32,000 bases of DNA from Wallemia ichthyophaga EXF-994 (GCF_000400465.1 NW_008806294.1:142958-174957), one strand, 5' to 3'; shown: positions 20,709-32,000, counted from the first letter of the stretch. The notes: generated from the sequence alone by a model not told the origin. Program-made: numbers and translations.

Positions 20709-23700
20709 CTAGCTTGCCTCGGCCTTCACTCGTGTTTTTAGGGGTGTGTTGGTTGTGCTAGTAGCACCCGCCTTCTTATGCTCATTCAACAGCAACATGA
20801 GATTCCCACGTGTCTCATCGAGCCACTCGCCGTTATTAACGCACAGTACTTTCATTTTGGGGTGGTATGTGAGGTTAGGCAGGAGCTTCGGCGTGATGAG
20901 GAAGTACTGACTCGAGAAGTCTTGGCAAGTGACCTGCACCATTTGGTTGTGCACCAGCCTCTCCGCTCTGCTATCCATACCCTGATTGATTTCATCCACC
21001 AGACTGAACGGCGACTTGGACAACTCTGTGAGAGACATGAGGTAGAGTATCGTAGACAGCGACCTCTCTCCACCGCTCTGACGCTGGTGTGTGAGCAGCT
21101 CAAGTGACTCGCTCTCTCTAAACTTGACGTAGATCTCTATCGCCCACTGCGCATAGTCGGTGTGTCGGTATAGCTTCACTTCTCCAGCACACCCAAAACG
21201 CTCGAAAGCCCTACCGAAGCGGTCACTCACTGCGGTAATCAGCTTGAGAAGTGTAGGTTCCCATTGCGACTATGACCGGTTAGTGTGTGTGATCATTTTC
21301 AAGAACCTACCCACCCTGACTCCATCTATGTATGCCTTCTTCCTGTCGTAATCCTCCTGCTTATTTTCAATGTCCTTGGTTTGTGTCTCGATCATACGCT
21401 CGCGCTCCTCGTACATCTCCACCACACTCGAGCTGATATTCGAGTTCATCTCCAAATTGCTCTTCTCCACCGCCAACGCATCTTCAAGCTCTTCCAAACT
21501 CTGTTCGTCACCCGTTTGGCTCACTCGCTCTCTCAACTTGATAAAATCATCACGCAGCTCTTCGCTGCTCTGTGCCAGTTGCTGCTGAGCCGCTTTGAGG
21601 TACTGCGTGGAATCCCCCTTGATTCGTTTATACAAGTCGTCCGCCTTGTTCAGCTCGCGCGATGCATCGCTCAGCCTGACGTTGTACTCATTCATGTGTG
21701 CATTCAGACTGCGTTTGTTCGCGTCGTATTGTATCTCCGATAACACTAGCAACTCACTCTCGTCTATTATCTCTGATATATCCCCCACCAGTTCAGTATA
21801 TGCCTCCACTTCTCCCGCTCTCTGTCTTGTTATTTTGCATATTAGTCTCTTCAACTTCTCCTTCTCGAGGTGTGAGCTGGGTTGGGATTCCAGTTGGTAG
21901 AGATGCTTCTTGTTACTGGTCAGAGTCGCCTGAGCTTTGAAATACTCCTGCTGCGCTCTCTGAATCTTTCTCTTCTTTTCATCAAAAGCTGCTATCTCCT
22001 GCTTGTATGTACTCTCCTGCGTTCTCATCTCCCTCTCTTTGGGTATCATCTCATTTATCCTCCCCTCTAGCTCGGCTGACTTGCTCCTGCAATCCTCGAT
22101 GCGCATCTCCAGCCCGTGCCGCTCTTCGTTGTCTGTGGACGCATCATTGAAGACGCGTGACGGCCGTATGAATGTCGTTGTCGTTGTCGCCGCTTGTCGC
22201 CCATATCTCGACCAGCTGTATGTGTGCGATTCGGTGCCGATCAAGTATCTCCTCAACTCTTTGCTCTTGAATGCACGCGACTCTTCAATCGCCTTCATGT
22301 TGATCTTGTCAGATGTCTTCGCTATAGGTATCTTGTGCAGAAAGCACACCTTCTTGAGGTAGTTGAGAATAAAGTCTGGCGCATCGACGAAATCAATAGC
22401 AAAACCATCGAATCCGAGCTCCTGTATCTCTTCACGTGACATATACTGCTCCGTCTCTCTTGCATTGAAAACTGGCTGCACTATATTCACTCTAAAGTGG
22501 TACTTGTCTATAATCTGCTTGGTGGCGATATCGTAGTCCTCCTGGCTCTGACAAAGGATAGTCTTCATGACGTTATAGTTTATCAGAGACTCGATAGCCG
22601 AGGCGTACGACTGATCCTTAACTCTGACCTCCAAAAAAGCCGGATCATACACTCTGCTACCAAACTTATCCTGATTCTTGCCAATAATATCGACAGTCCT
22701 AGCTGTGGTTTCATCAAACGTTTTAAACTTCTCAAAACGACGGTGCCTAACGTTATCCATGTTGTTTAAGGTCTTCTGGTAGCCCTGTATGTCATGGAGG
22801 AGGTCTCGCTGCTCGGATGCCACATCCCGTCTGACATCCTGGAACTGCTTGCCGTCTTGGTGGAGCTGAGCAATTCTCCGCTTGATGTTGTTAATTTCGT
22901 CGTCGAGCTCAGCCAATCCTTCATCACTGGGTTTGTTCGCGACTGTGTGCTCGAGCTCGACTATCTGCAACTTAATCTTTTCTATCTGCTGAACGCGACG
23001 CAGGTCTGCACGCTCAGAGTCGTCGATTTTAGTCGTGGCGTCTTCGGTATGTTTGACCAACTGCTCCAATGCTTTATTCACCTCTTTCAGCTGGTGACGT
23101 TTTTCTTCAATCAGTCCTTCCTTCTCCTTGCGCCTGCTCTCACTAGCTTCAATCATAACATCGTACTCTGCCATCTTCTTTTTGAGAGGAAGATTCTCTC
23201 TTTCAATCTTGATCACATTTTCATTCAACCGCTTACGATTCGCCTTGGCTTGGTCATATTGTGCTTTTGATTGTGAGTAGCGAGAAAATGGTATCATCAG
23301 ATTAAGCAGATTAATCTGTGAGTGTTTTAGTTTGTAGTTTGAGAACGGTAGGTCAATTCACCACCCATCAAACTCACCTTTTTCTCGATCGCTTTACGCG
23401 TTTTATAGCGTTCAATTTCGCGTTCCTGAGATCTATTCAGTTGTTGCAAGTCGTTGCGATCGTTGATGATGCTGTTCAGCGTGGCTTCCTGGGTGGAGAG
23501 GTCTTTGCCACTAGCGATGAGGTCATTATGCCATTGGGTGAGATCGCCAATACCCGTCCCTTCAGCTACCTTCTGCGTCTCGAGGAGCAAGGTAGATGGT
23601 GACATCTGCGCAAACTGCGACACTTTATCTTGCGGTAGAAAGGAACATAGGTTACCTATCTGTATACCGTAGCTGTGGACAATATCCTTGATTACATCGA

Positions 23701-24393
23701 GCTTGCTGGGCTCGCCATCAACTTCGTATTTGGATTGCTTGTCTGTGGAGTTGATACTACGTCTGATTACGTGGTTGCGTTTGCTGTTACGTGACTTGAG
23801 GTGAATTTCTATATAGCCCTGTGTCTTGTCCTGTTTAACAAACGCGTTGACGTCACTAGATCGACCGAGAATCTGTTATCGTGTGAGTGGATGGATGGGG
23901 GGGGACAAACATAACACACCTTCGGACCAGCACCTAAACCAAGTGCTATTCCACAAACTATAGTAGATTTACCGGTACCATTTGGACCAATGATCATATT
24001 GAGATAAGGCCCAGGACAGAAATCGACATGATCGTAAGTGAGGAAGTTGTGCAGTACTACGCGCACGATAGACCCTGGGATAAAGTTGTCGCTGTCTCTA
24101 TTTCGTTGTTGGGGTTGGAGTGCTTCAGCGACGTCTTCTTGGTTCATAAGTGGGTTGTTAAACGGTGATTCTTGGTCGCTGTTGTTTTCATCGTCATTGT
24201 CATTGTCGTCGTCGTTGTCATCATTATCGCCTTCCACGCTATTCACCTCCTCATTGATAAGCCTCGATGGAGATGGCTTGCGATCGTCGTCGTCGTCGTC
24301 GTCAGAGTCGTGCAGCTGTTGCTGCTTCTTGGGCGACGCGCTTTCGTCCTCGTCAGACGACGGGACATGCCTCTTTAAGCTTGGCTTAGGCAT
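20709..24393 (-). CDS. SMC5: Structural maintenance of chromosomes protein 5
   Basis: Exons 24393-23920, 23872-23378, 23315-21315 and 21269-20709 give 1176 aa. Motifs: Walker A GPNGTGKST, NLCSFLPQDKV, long coiled coils, signature QSGGERS and Walker B LVDEINQGMD. Acidic N-terminal extension. Confidence 0.95.
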
Positions 24394-24535
24394 GCGATGT
24401 TGGTGGTTGGGAAGAAGGAGGATAAGATTGAGAAATGGATTTATAAGTAGATTACAAGTCGTACAAGGCGTGTAGGGGTTGTGAGGGAAGGCATCTCCCT
24501 CTATCTCTCTCCAATTTCCTCCATCTCTGACGATC

Positions 24536-24556
24536 ACGCGTATTCACCCGCGTCAC
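24536..24556. promoter_or_regulatory. MCB-like elements (ACGCGT plus CCGCGT) upstream of SMC5
   Basis: ACGCGT at 24536-24541 and a second CGCGT nearby, about 145 bp upstream of the SMC5 ATG. This is consistent with G1/S regulation of SMC genes. Confidence 0.35.
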
Positions 24557-24573
24557 GCCCATCGCACCTATAA

Positions 24574-25043
24574 CTACTCCCACTTGGTTTCTGGGTTGAG
24601 AATAAACGAGTCGTAAAGCTGCCTGTTGAAGAGTGATAACTCAGTCTCGTTTTCTAATCAGGAGTCTGATCAGCAAAGCCTCAAGTTCGAATCCGGGACG
24701 TACCAATATGTTGACCATCAATTTCAATTTCAGATAAGAATTTATTCCAGTCGTCAATAATCCAATGAGGATTATCGATGTTTATAATGAGATTAGTTGT
24801 TTTGTGGCCGTGTGCTTGAGTGTACAATTTGAGGCAGTCAAACTGAGTTGATCTGAATTGCTTGTATTTTGGCTGTGTGGCTATCTCGTGCTTACACAGC
24901 TCAACAAGTTGATTAACCGTTGTCGCTGTCAAATCCACTCCCCTTAGGATAAGATTCTTTGTTGTCCTAAATTCGAAACTCTTAATGAGCCTAATTGTGA
25001 GCGTGGCAGAGGTTTTTGGGTTTGTAAGGTTAGTGGTGGACAT
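24574..25043 (-). CDS. AIM29: UPF0538 family protein (AIM29/C2orf76-like)
   Basis: Exons 25043-24704 and 24653-24574 give 139 aa. Motifs: TLTIRLIKSFEFRTTKN, LKLYTQAHGHKTTNLIIN and ENETELSLFN...NPETKW. Confidence 0.88.
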
Positions 25044-25089
25044 TTGCTGAGTTTGGAGGATATTCTCTGTGATTCTCTACTAAGAAGCA

Positions 25090-25740
25090 ATGATATCGAT
25101 CGATTTAATTCGACACGGTGAGACTGAGTTTAATATTTCCGGTAGAGTGCAAGGTCAGCTGGATATTCCACTCAATCAGCCTGGAAGGTTCCAGTGCGCT
25201 CTATTAGCCAATAGATACAAAGATATCCCCATAGACTCTATTTACACCAGCGACTTGAGCAGAACGCACGAAACAGCGACTATTCTAGCCGCTCACCATC
25301 CAAACGTAACGATCACGTCGGATCCACGCCTCAGGGAGAGGTGTTTCGGTCCTTATCAAGGCCAATCACTCACCAGGGAACAGCGCCACTCTCATTTAAA
25401 AGGCGTTGAGTCGTTGGAATCCATGTACGCGCGTTGCTTGCAGTTTTACAATGACGTTCTCCTTCCTTTGATTTCCAGTAGTAGCGGTGGTACAAACGGT
25501 GACAAGAGAATTGTAATCGTTAGTCACGGTGCTCTACTCTCCGTGCTTATAAGACAGGTGCTGCTAAATAAGTACAAGTACTCGCTGGCACCTAATGTCA
25601 ATCCAGCTAGTCTCATCAACACTTCAGTCACTCGAGCAGTCGTGAATTCAAACCACAAAGGTACTCTAGTAAGCTGGTCAGATGATTCTCACCTGCAGAC
25701 TCACGGTAAGGTTGAAAACGCCGATGAAATATGCTTATAA
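25090..25740 (+). CDS. Histidine phosphatase / phosphoglycerate mutase family protein
   Basis: Motifs: LIRHGETEFN, QGQLDIPLN, YTSDLSRTHETA, LRERCFG and IVSHG. Confidence 0.9.
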   Translation: MISIDLIRHGETEFNISGRVQGQLDIPLNQPGRFQCALLANRYKDIPIDSIYTSDLSRTHETATILAAHHPNVTITSDPRLRERCFGPYQGQSLTREQRHSHLKGVESLESMYARCLQFYNDVLLPLISSSSGGTNGDKRIVIVSHGALLSVLIRQVLLNKYKYSLAPNVNPASLINTSVTRAVVNSNHKGTLVSWSDDSHLQTHGKVENADEICL

Positions 25741-25802
25741 AAACATTGATCGTGAAAATCGTGAAGAATTTCACAAGTACCACGATTACCCCAATACACA
25801 AA

Positions 25803-26668
25803 CTACTTTCCTAAAATTTCCTTGGATTTCTCAAATGAACCCAAGTACACACCAGCTCCGGCAGCGGCCCAGGTAGATCTTAGGAGGCAACCTCTAAACA
25901 AACCCCTGACACCTTCATTTGCCATAACGCTCTTGCTCGTACTCCACACACCACCATTCTGTTCATTTTGGATCATTATCCGCGTCTTGATTACGTCGAT
26001 TGGGTTTGTGGCGATGGATGCTATAGTTGCAGCAGCAGAAGCAGCCAAAAAAGCAGATTTTGCGCGTGGCAAGTTCCTTTCACCGAGCATGGCTCTCAAA
26101 TGCTCATATATCGGCCATTGGACGGTGACTATCGGTGTGTTCCTGAGCACAAGTGCGCGATAACCAGGGAATAGAGACTTAAGGTTATCGCGTCTTAGTA
26201 GACGCTTAGTGAGTGTTTTTGTATCACCGCCAACCTGTGCATTCTGTTTAATAAGCTCAGCAGGCGCGAGTACGGCACAGCTAGCGCATTCAGCCAAATT
26301 TGAAGCCAGAATTTGAGTGGCTGGGGATGATAGGTTGGTGCGAGTGTTAAATACACCCGTCATGTGCTCATACGTGGTGAAGAAAACGGCAGCAGAGGGA
26401 ATAGTGGCGAGTATCACCGGCCCTACACCAGCGTAAAGATGAGATTTTGAGACGGAGAAAAGAGTGGCCGAGGATGTGCTCTGTATTCTAACCTTGAGAG
26501 TATCCATGGGGTCTGCTGGGTGCTTAGAATATAATCCTATGACGTCATATAAAACACACAGACGAGTAAATCAACCGTGAGAGCTGCGAGGCTACCGGCC
26601 TAAATATATTAGCCATGTGGATTATATAGCCCACTCGCCCAGCTCACCGCCGCAATATTTAAATCCAT
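25803..26668 (-). CDS. Mitochondrial carrier, S-adenosylmethionine carrier-like (PET8/SLC25A26 group)
   Basis: Exons 26668-26648, 26599-26560 and 26512-25803 give 256 aa. Three carrier signatures (PMDTLKVR, PAELIKQN, PIDVIKTR), plus AGSLAALTVDLLVY and IPSAAVFFTTYE. The substrate is inferred. Confidence 0.85.
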
Positions 26669-26725
26669 TTTGAATTTTCACCTTCGCAGTCCCGGCGAGA
26701 GGCACACGCTGCCTCTTGCACGCAG

Positions 26726-29700
26726 ATGCTCAAGACCGCCAGAAGAAATCTCAGAATTTCAGCTGGTAGAATATTATTTAGAAACTTACATTCATCTATA
26801 CGTACAATGGTTGGTCAGAAAATTGATGGCACTGCGATTGCAAAGTGAGTCACCAGAAGCACCACCAGCATATCGAATAACCCCGTTAACCCCACTCGCT
26901 TAGGAAACTCCGCGGAGATCTCGCTACTCAGACAAAAACACTCCCCTTTAACCCGCACCTCGTAATCATTCAGCACGGCGCTCGCCCTGATTCAAACAGC
27001 TACATTCGCATGAAGAGACTGGCTGCAGAAGAGGCTGGCTTCAAATTCACCCACATTCAAATCCCTGACTCTGATGGCGTCGATAAGGTCCTCGAGCACG
27101 TTCGTCGCTGTAACCAGGATGACGGCGTTCATGGTCTTCTCGTTCAGCTCCCACTCGCTAATGGCGGCAAAGACGGCGAAAGAAGCGTCGTAGAAACCAT
27201 CTCACATGATAAGGACGTCGATGGCTTTCACCCACTCACCGCAGGTGCTCTCTCTTCGCGCCTCGCTGACCCTCTTTTCGCTCCTTGCACTCCCGCTGGT
27301 GTAATCAAGCTGCTTGAAGAATCTGGTGTTGAAATCGCTGGCAAATTCGCTGTCGTTCTTGGCCGCTCCGATATCGTCGGTACTCCTGCTATGAACCTCC
27401 TCCGCCGCAAAGATGCGACCGTCGTCCAGGTACACTCCAAGACAAAGAATATCCCCGAATTAGTCAAGCAGGCTGATATCGTCGTTGCTGCTATTGGTCA
27501 GCCTGAGTTCGTCAAAGGCGAGTGGATCAAGGAAGGCGCCGTTGTCATTGACGTCGGTGCCAATTTTGTCCCAGATGCTACCAAAAAGAGCGGTCAGCGC
27601 ATGCTCGGTGATGTGGAATATAGCAAGGCCATTGAAAATGCTGCTCACATCACTCCCGTTCCTGGTGGTGTTGGCCCTATGACCGTTGCTATGCTCATGG
27701 TAAACACCTTTAGAGCTGCAGAGCGTCAGGCCAAACTCAGAGGTGGCAGAGGTCGTGGCGTTGTCACTCCTCTTCCTATCCACCCACTCGAACAAGTTCC
27801 ATCTGATATTGAAATCGCTATGGCTCAGACACCCAAACCTGTTTCATCACTCGCACAAGAGATTGGCGTATTAGATGAAGAATTGGAGCTCTACGGCCAA
27901 TCTAAAGCTAAGGTGGAGTTGAGCATTCTCGACCGTCTCCAGCACCGCAAAGATGGTAAATACGTCGTCGTCGCAGGTATCACTCCTACTCCGCTCGGTG
28001 AAGGTAAATCTACTACTACCGTCGGTTTAGCACAAGCCCTTGGCGCTAGACTTGGCAGAAGCACTTTTGCATGCGTTCGCCAACCTTCACAGGGCCCTAC
28101 ATTTGGTATTAAGGGTGGTGCAGCTGGTGGTGGTTACTCACAAATCATTCCAATGGATGAATTTAATCTGCACTTGACTGGTGACATTCACGCCATCTCC
28201 GCAGCTAACAACCTCCTCGCTGCCGCTATTGACGCAAGAATGTTCCATGAATCCACTCAGTCCGCCAAAGCACTTTATAATCGTCTCACTCCGGCTAAGA
28301 AGGGTGTCAGATCTTTCTCCCCAGTTATGATCAAGAGGCTGCAAAAACTCGGTATTGACAAGACAAGTCCGAGTGACTTGAACGAGGAGGAGGTTGCCAA
28401 GTTTGCCAAACTCGACATTGATCCTGAGACAATCACCTGGCACAGAGTTACGGACACCAACGACAGGTATTTGCGCAAGATTACCGTGGGACAAGCTCCA
28501 ACTGAGAAAGGTATTTCACGTGAGACAGGTTTCGATATCTCAGTTGCTTCTGAGTGTATGGCTGTGCTCGCACTTGCCAACGATCTCCCCGATATGCGCA
28601 GAAGATTGGGTGATATGGTTGTAGCCTCTTCGAAATCAGGCGAACCGATCACTGCGGATGACATTGGTATTGGTGGTGCACTCACTGTGCTCATGAAGGA
28701 CACTATCAAGCCAAACCTCATGCAAACTTTGGAGGGTGAGTGGGGAGTGCGGAATGATTTCGAATGTATATGCTAACTAACCTTAGGAACTCCTGTGTTT
28801 GTACACGCTGGCCCATTTGCCAACATTGCTCACGGTAACTCATCCATCCTCGCCGACCGCGTTGCTTTGAAGCTCGCAGGCACAGATGAGGGCGAGCCAT
28901 CTTCATCTGGTGGATATGTAATCACCGAGGCTGGTTTCGGTGCTGACATAGGTATGGAGAAGTTCTTCAACATCAAATGTCGCGTTTCTGGATTAGTGCC
29001 AGATGCAGTTGTGCTTGTTGCTACCGTGCGCGCTCTTAAGATGCACGGTGGTGGACCGGAAGTGTCACCTGGAAAGCCACTCGACGACATATATACGCAG
29101 GAGAACCTCGACACGCTAGCTGAAGGATGTAAAAACCTTGGCAAGCATATTGAGAACGGCCGCAAGTATGGCGTTAAGGTGATTGTAGCGGTCAATCAAT
29201 TCACCACGGATACACCAGCTGAGCTTGAGTTGGTGAAAAAGTTGTCGTATGAAGCAGGTGCTCACGCTGCCGTTGCATCTAACCACTGGGCATTGGGTGG
29301 TGAAGGTGCCATCGATCTCGCCCAATCACTCATCGACACTTGCGAACCAAAGGGCTCAGATGGTGAGGTTCTTCCTGCGCAATCAAACGACGACTTCAAG
29401 CTGCTCTACGATGACAATTTGACTATGGAGGACAAGATCTTGACCATCGTAAGGGAAATGTACGGCGGTGAAGCTATTGAATTGTCTGAATTGGCTAAAT
29501 CTCAAGTGGAGACTTATGTGAAGCAAGGATATGGAAACCTGCCAGTGTGTATGGCCAAGTCTCACCTTTCACTCTCGCACGATCCTAAGCTGAAGGGTGT
29601 ACCAAGTGGATTCACTGTGCCAATTCGCTCAATTAAGCTCAGTGCGGGTGCAGGATTCGTGTATGCTCTTTGCGGAGAGATGCAGACTATGCCGGGACTG

Positions 29701-29775
29701 TCAACTCGACCAGGATACTACGATATCGATTTGGATATGTCTGGAGAGAAGCCACGCGTCGTTGGATTATTCTGA
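26726..29775 (+). CDS. ADE3: Trifunctional C1-tetrahydrofolate synthase with optional mitochondrial presequence
   Basis: Exons 26726 (or 26807)-26844, 26904-28735 and 28787-29775. Motifs: [89 protein letters not shown] and TMPGL. Confidence 0.96.
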
Positions 29776-29869
29776 TTGCAGTGCACAAACTCACTTGTAC
29801 TTGTTGAAAAAGCTTAAAGATTTCTGAAATATTTTGTAAAAACTAGAAGATGGATTTCTTACTCGTCTA

Positions 29870-31471
29870 ATGTCATCATCGTACGATAATCGCTGCGACT
29901 TGGTTCGAGAGAATGATTACGTGCACATCAGACTACCATCGCAGCAGGAGCGTATTGTAAGGCTTACAAAGAACGGGTGTGTCTGGCTGTAACCACGGTG
30001 CACACACTCTAAATACACGCAACCAGCACGGCAAATTTCGGCAAATTCGGAAAAGTACCCTTCAGTGAGCTTATCGGAAAGCCATACGGCCTCAGTTTCG
30101 AGATTGTCGATAAGGACGGCAGCTCCACGCTGAGGAAAATGTCTCCGCGGGCGATTGAGGAAATTGGTGGGTGAATTTGAGTCATTTGAGAATTTAATTC
30201 ATCAGGGCATTTCAGAGGACTACGAGTCAACGAATCAGTTTATTGAAGACGACAGTACGGCAATCACTCTCCTAGGCGAGGCTGAGATTGAAGCGCTGAA
30301 AAACGGCGGCGTTGAGGGCAGAGTGAGTTAGGCGTGACTGGAGTGAGTTCACTCAACTAACCCGCTCGCAGCACATTATCGACCAACAAATCGCTGCTCA
30401 CGGCCAATTCGATCAGAAAACCGCCTATAGCAAGGACAAGTACCTCAAAAAGAAAGAAGCAAAGTTCCTCAAGTTTATCACACTCATCCCACCCACCACG
30501 TTTAACGTCTGCGAGTATCACTTTACTAAGAATTCACAGCGTATTCGCGATCTGAGAGTGGACAGTCTATCGCAAATGCTCACACTCGCCAATGTTCAGC
30601 AGGGTGGGAGATATATTGTCATCGACGATACTTCCGGTCTTCTCACTGGCGCCATTCTCGAAAGACTTGCAGGTGAAGGTAGTGTGCTGATCATACACGA
30701 CGCCGACTCACCACCCAACCTCGATATTCTCGACTCGATGAACTTCCCTGAACAGAGCGTGAAAGAGTGTGTCAGGTATTTGAATTGGGTATCGATCGAC
30801 GACGACTTTGAAATGCCTCCGCTTAAACTTGAAGCTAAAGAGGGCGGCGATAACTGGAGATCGCACCACGAGAGAGATAAAATCATGAAGCGCAAAGAGC
30901 AATTTACTGCGCTTGATAATCTCAGAAAGGAGTTTTTCGATGGTGGTTTTGACGGGTGAGATAGGGTGATTGATGTTTGGGGTGTTTCCTTCTCACATTC
31001 TTGCAGATTGATAAGCGCCTCGCAATATGAACCTCTGAGTATTATACAGAGACTGTACACTCACCTCAGCGGGTCGGCTCCCATAGTGTTACATCATCCA
31101 CACTTGGCGGTACGTTCATTATACACTGATCACACCACTAATAATCTTAGGTTCTCACAGATGCGCACATGCGTCTACGCAATGACGCTAATTTCTTGGC
31201 ACCGGTAATCTCTGAAAGTTGGCTGAGACAGTATCAGGTGTGTTGTTATAAACAGCACACAACCCAACTCACATGCGGCGCAGGTTCTGCCTGGTAGAAC
31301 GCATCCAAATATGCAAATGCCAGCCACCGGTGGTTACTTGTTACACACGACGAAAGTGTCAGTATGGCTATTTTTCGTCGAATCTACATAATTGACACAA
31401 TCTGCAGCTTCGATGATCCCAATGCCCATTCTATCAAGGCATTCAAGCGTCGCAAGGCGGAGCGGAGCTAG
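29870..31471 (+). CDS. TRM6: tRNA m1A58 methyltransferase non-catalytic subunit Trm6/Gcd10
   Basis: Eight exons (29870-29976, 30027-30166, 30216-30322, 30372-30955, 31007-31109, 31151-31237, 31284-31357, 31408-31471) give 421 aa. Motifs: HIRLPS, GKFG, IGKPYG, KTAYSKDKYLKKK, RVDSLSQMLTLANV and YQVLPGRTHP..M...GGYLL. Confidence 0.93.
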
Positions 31472-31624
31472 TGTGGATGCAGATGTAATCGGTGATCGTA
31501 GATGGTACAAACCCGCGCGATAAAATATTCATACATTGCCATACTCAAGTTGTAATGCACTTTATTTATTTATAGACACGTTCAATGCGCTTGCGCGTGA
31601 TGCATTACCGAAAAGTCCCGTTAA

Positions 31625-31741
31625 ACGCGTTCAGTTCGCATATTCGACGCGTCCTTTCCTAAAACAGTGTGGTATGAAGAGCATTCCGGATCTTTTTTTA
31701 GCATGATATTCATTCAAATAGAGTAAATTAATAAAACGCGT
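31625..31741. promoter_or_regulatory. Cluster of three ACGCGT elements upstream of the secreted glycosidase gene
   Basis: ACGCGT at 31625-31630, 31647-31652 and 31736-31741. Confidence 0.35.
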
Positions 31742-31773
31742 TCTTTTAGCAAACCACTAACATCAACTTAAGC

Positions 31774-32000
31774 ATGGTTATATCAAAAGTCTTGGTTTCC
31801 GCGGCATTAGCTGTGTGTACACTCGCAGTACCTTTGGAGCGCAGAATGTACAGCTCTAAGCATGCGTATGACTGGGATCACGATGCCGTAGGCGGGAGAG
31901 CACGCGACGCCCTCCTCTCCACTCAGCGCGCCAGGTTAGTTTTTTTTTTCACCCTCCTCAACTCAGACCTGACGTCACCAGCTGGGAACAAGGCACGGCT
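31774..32000 (+). CDS. Secreted six-hairpin glycosidase-like protein (GH105/GH88-like), 3'-partial
   Basis: Signal peptide MVISKVLVSAALAVCTLA, then propeptide VPLERR (Kex2-type). Removing intron 31935-31981 (GTTAGT..CTGAC..CAG) gives ALLSTQRASWEQGTA, similar to the recalled QR-x-SWEQG motif of this family. Not in the ORF track. Confidence 0.6.
   Translation, partial: MVISKVLVSAALAVCTLAVPLERRMYSSKHAYDWDHDAVGGRARDALLSTQRARLVFFFTLLNSDLTSPAGNKAR

Noticed and set aside
24150-24360. Asp-rich GAC/GAT runs in SMC5, and Asn-rich AAC runs in SPC19 (about 2525-2550)
   Set aside because: Ordinary low-complexity coding tracts in disordered termini.
24394-24537. ORF-track N-terminal extension of SMC5 (from 24537), and similar extensions for DBP8 (6595), PUT1 (16910) and the CENP-K-like ORF (16792)
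   Set aside because: These rely on non-ATG or upstream starts that run through promoters or neighbouring genes. Downstream ATGs give more typical N-termini.
24680-24705. GTTCGAATCC B-box/tRNA T-loop-like motif in the AIM29 intron
   Set aside because: The flanks do not form a T-stem, and there is no A box or cloverleaf.
31935-31966. 32-nt intron option in the last gene
   Set aside because: The acceptor at 31981 gives a normal 47-nt intron with a CTGAC branch site and restores QRASWEQG.
1-32000. Mobile elements, CRISPR arrays and structural RNA genes
   Set aside because: No transposase or reverse-transcriptase motifs, terminal repeats, repeat-spacer arrays or tRNA/rRNA signatures seen by eye. 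An Infernal/Rfam scan would be needed to exclude small ncRNAs.

Overview
Gene-dense fungal nuclear DNA with about 20 protein-coding genes. Introns are short GT-AG type, mostly 41-62 nt, and intergenic gaps are often under 100 bp. The architecture and protein sequences are basidiomycete-like and consistent with a compact genome such as Wallemia (inference only). In order: 5'-partial membrane-anchored GH2 glycosidase, DASH subunit SPC19, UMP-CMP kinase URA6, a probable small spliced orphan gene, DEAD-box helicase DBP8, mitochondrial uL13 (MRPL23), an AlkB-family dioxygenase, the multifunctional URA2, proline dehydrogenase PUT1, a CENP-K-like kinetochore protein, a small Zn2Cys6 protein, a small membrane protein, exosome RRP43, SMC5, AIM29, a histidine phosphatase, a SAM-carrier-like mitochondrial carrier, C1-THF synthase, TRM6/GCD10 and the 5' end of a secreted GH105/GH88-like protein. 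I found no tRNA, rRNA, transposon or CRISPR array, and no clear multi-gene novel system. The most interesting signals are: a CENP-K homologue the ORF track does not join; an in-frame mitochondrial presequence that would make C1-THF synthase dual-targeted; uORFs abutting the URA6 and TRM6 starts; extreme gene packing; and an orphan gene with a micro-exon. All exon models were derived by hand and checked for frame consistency.
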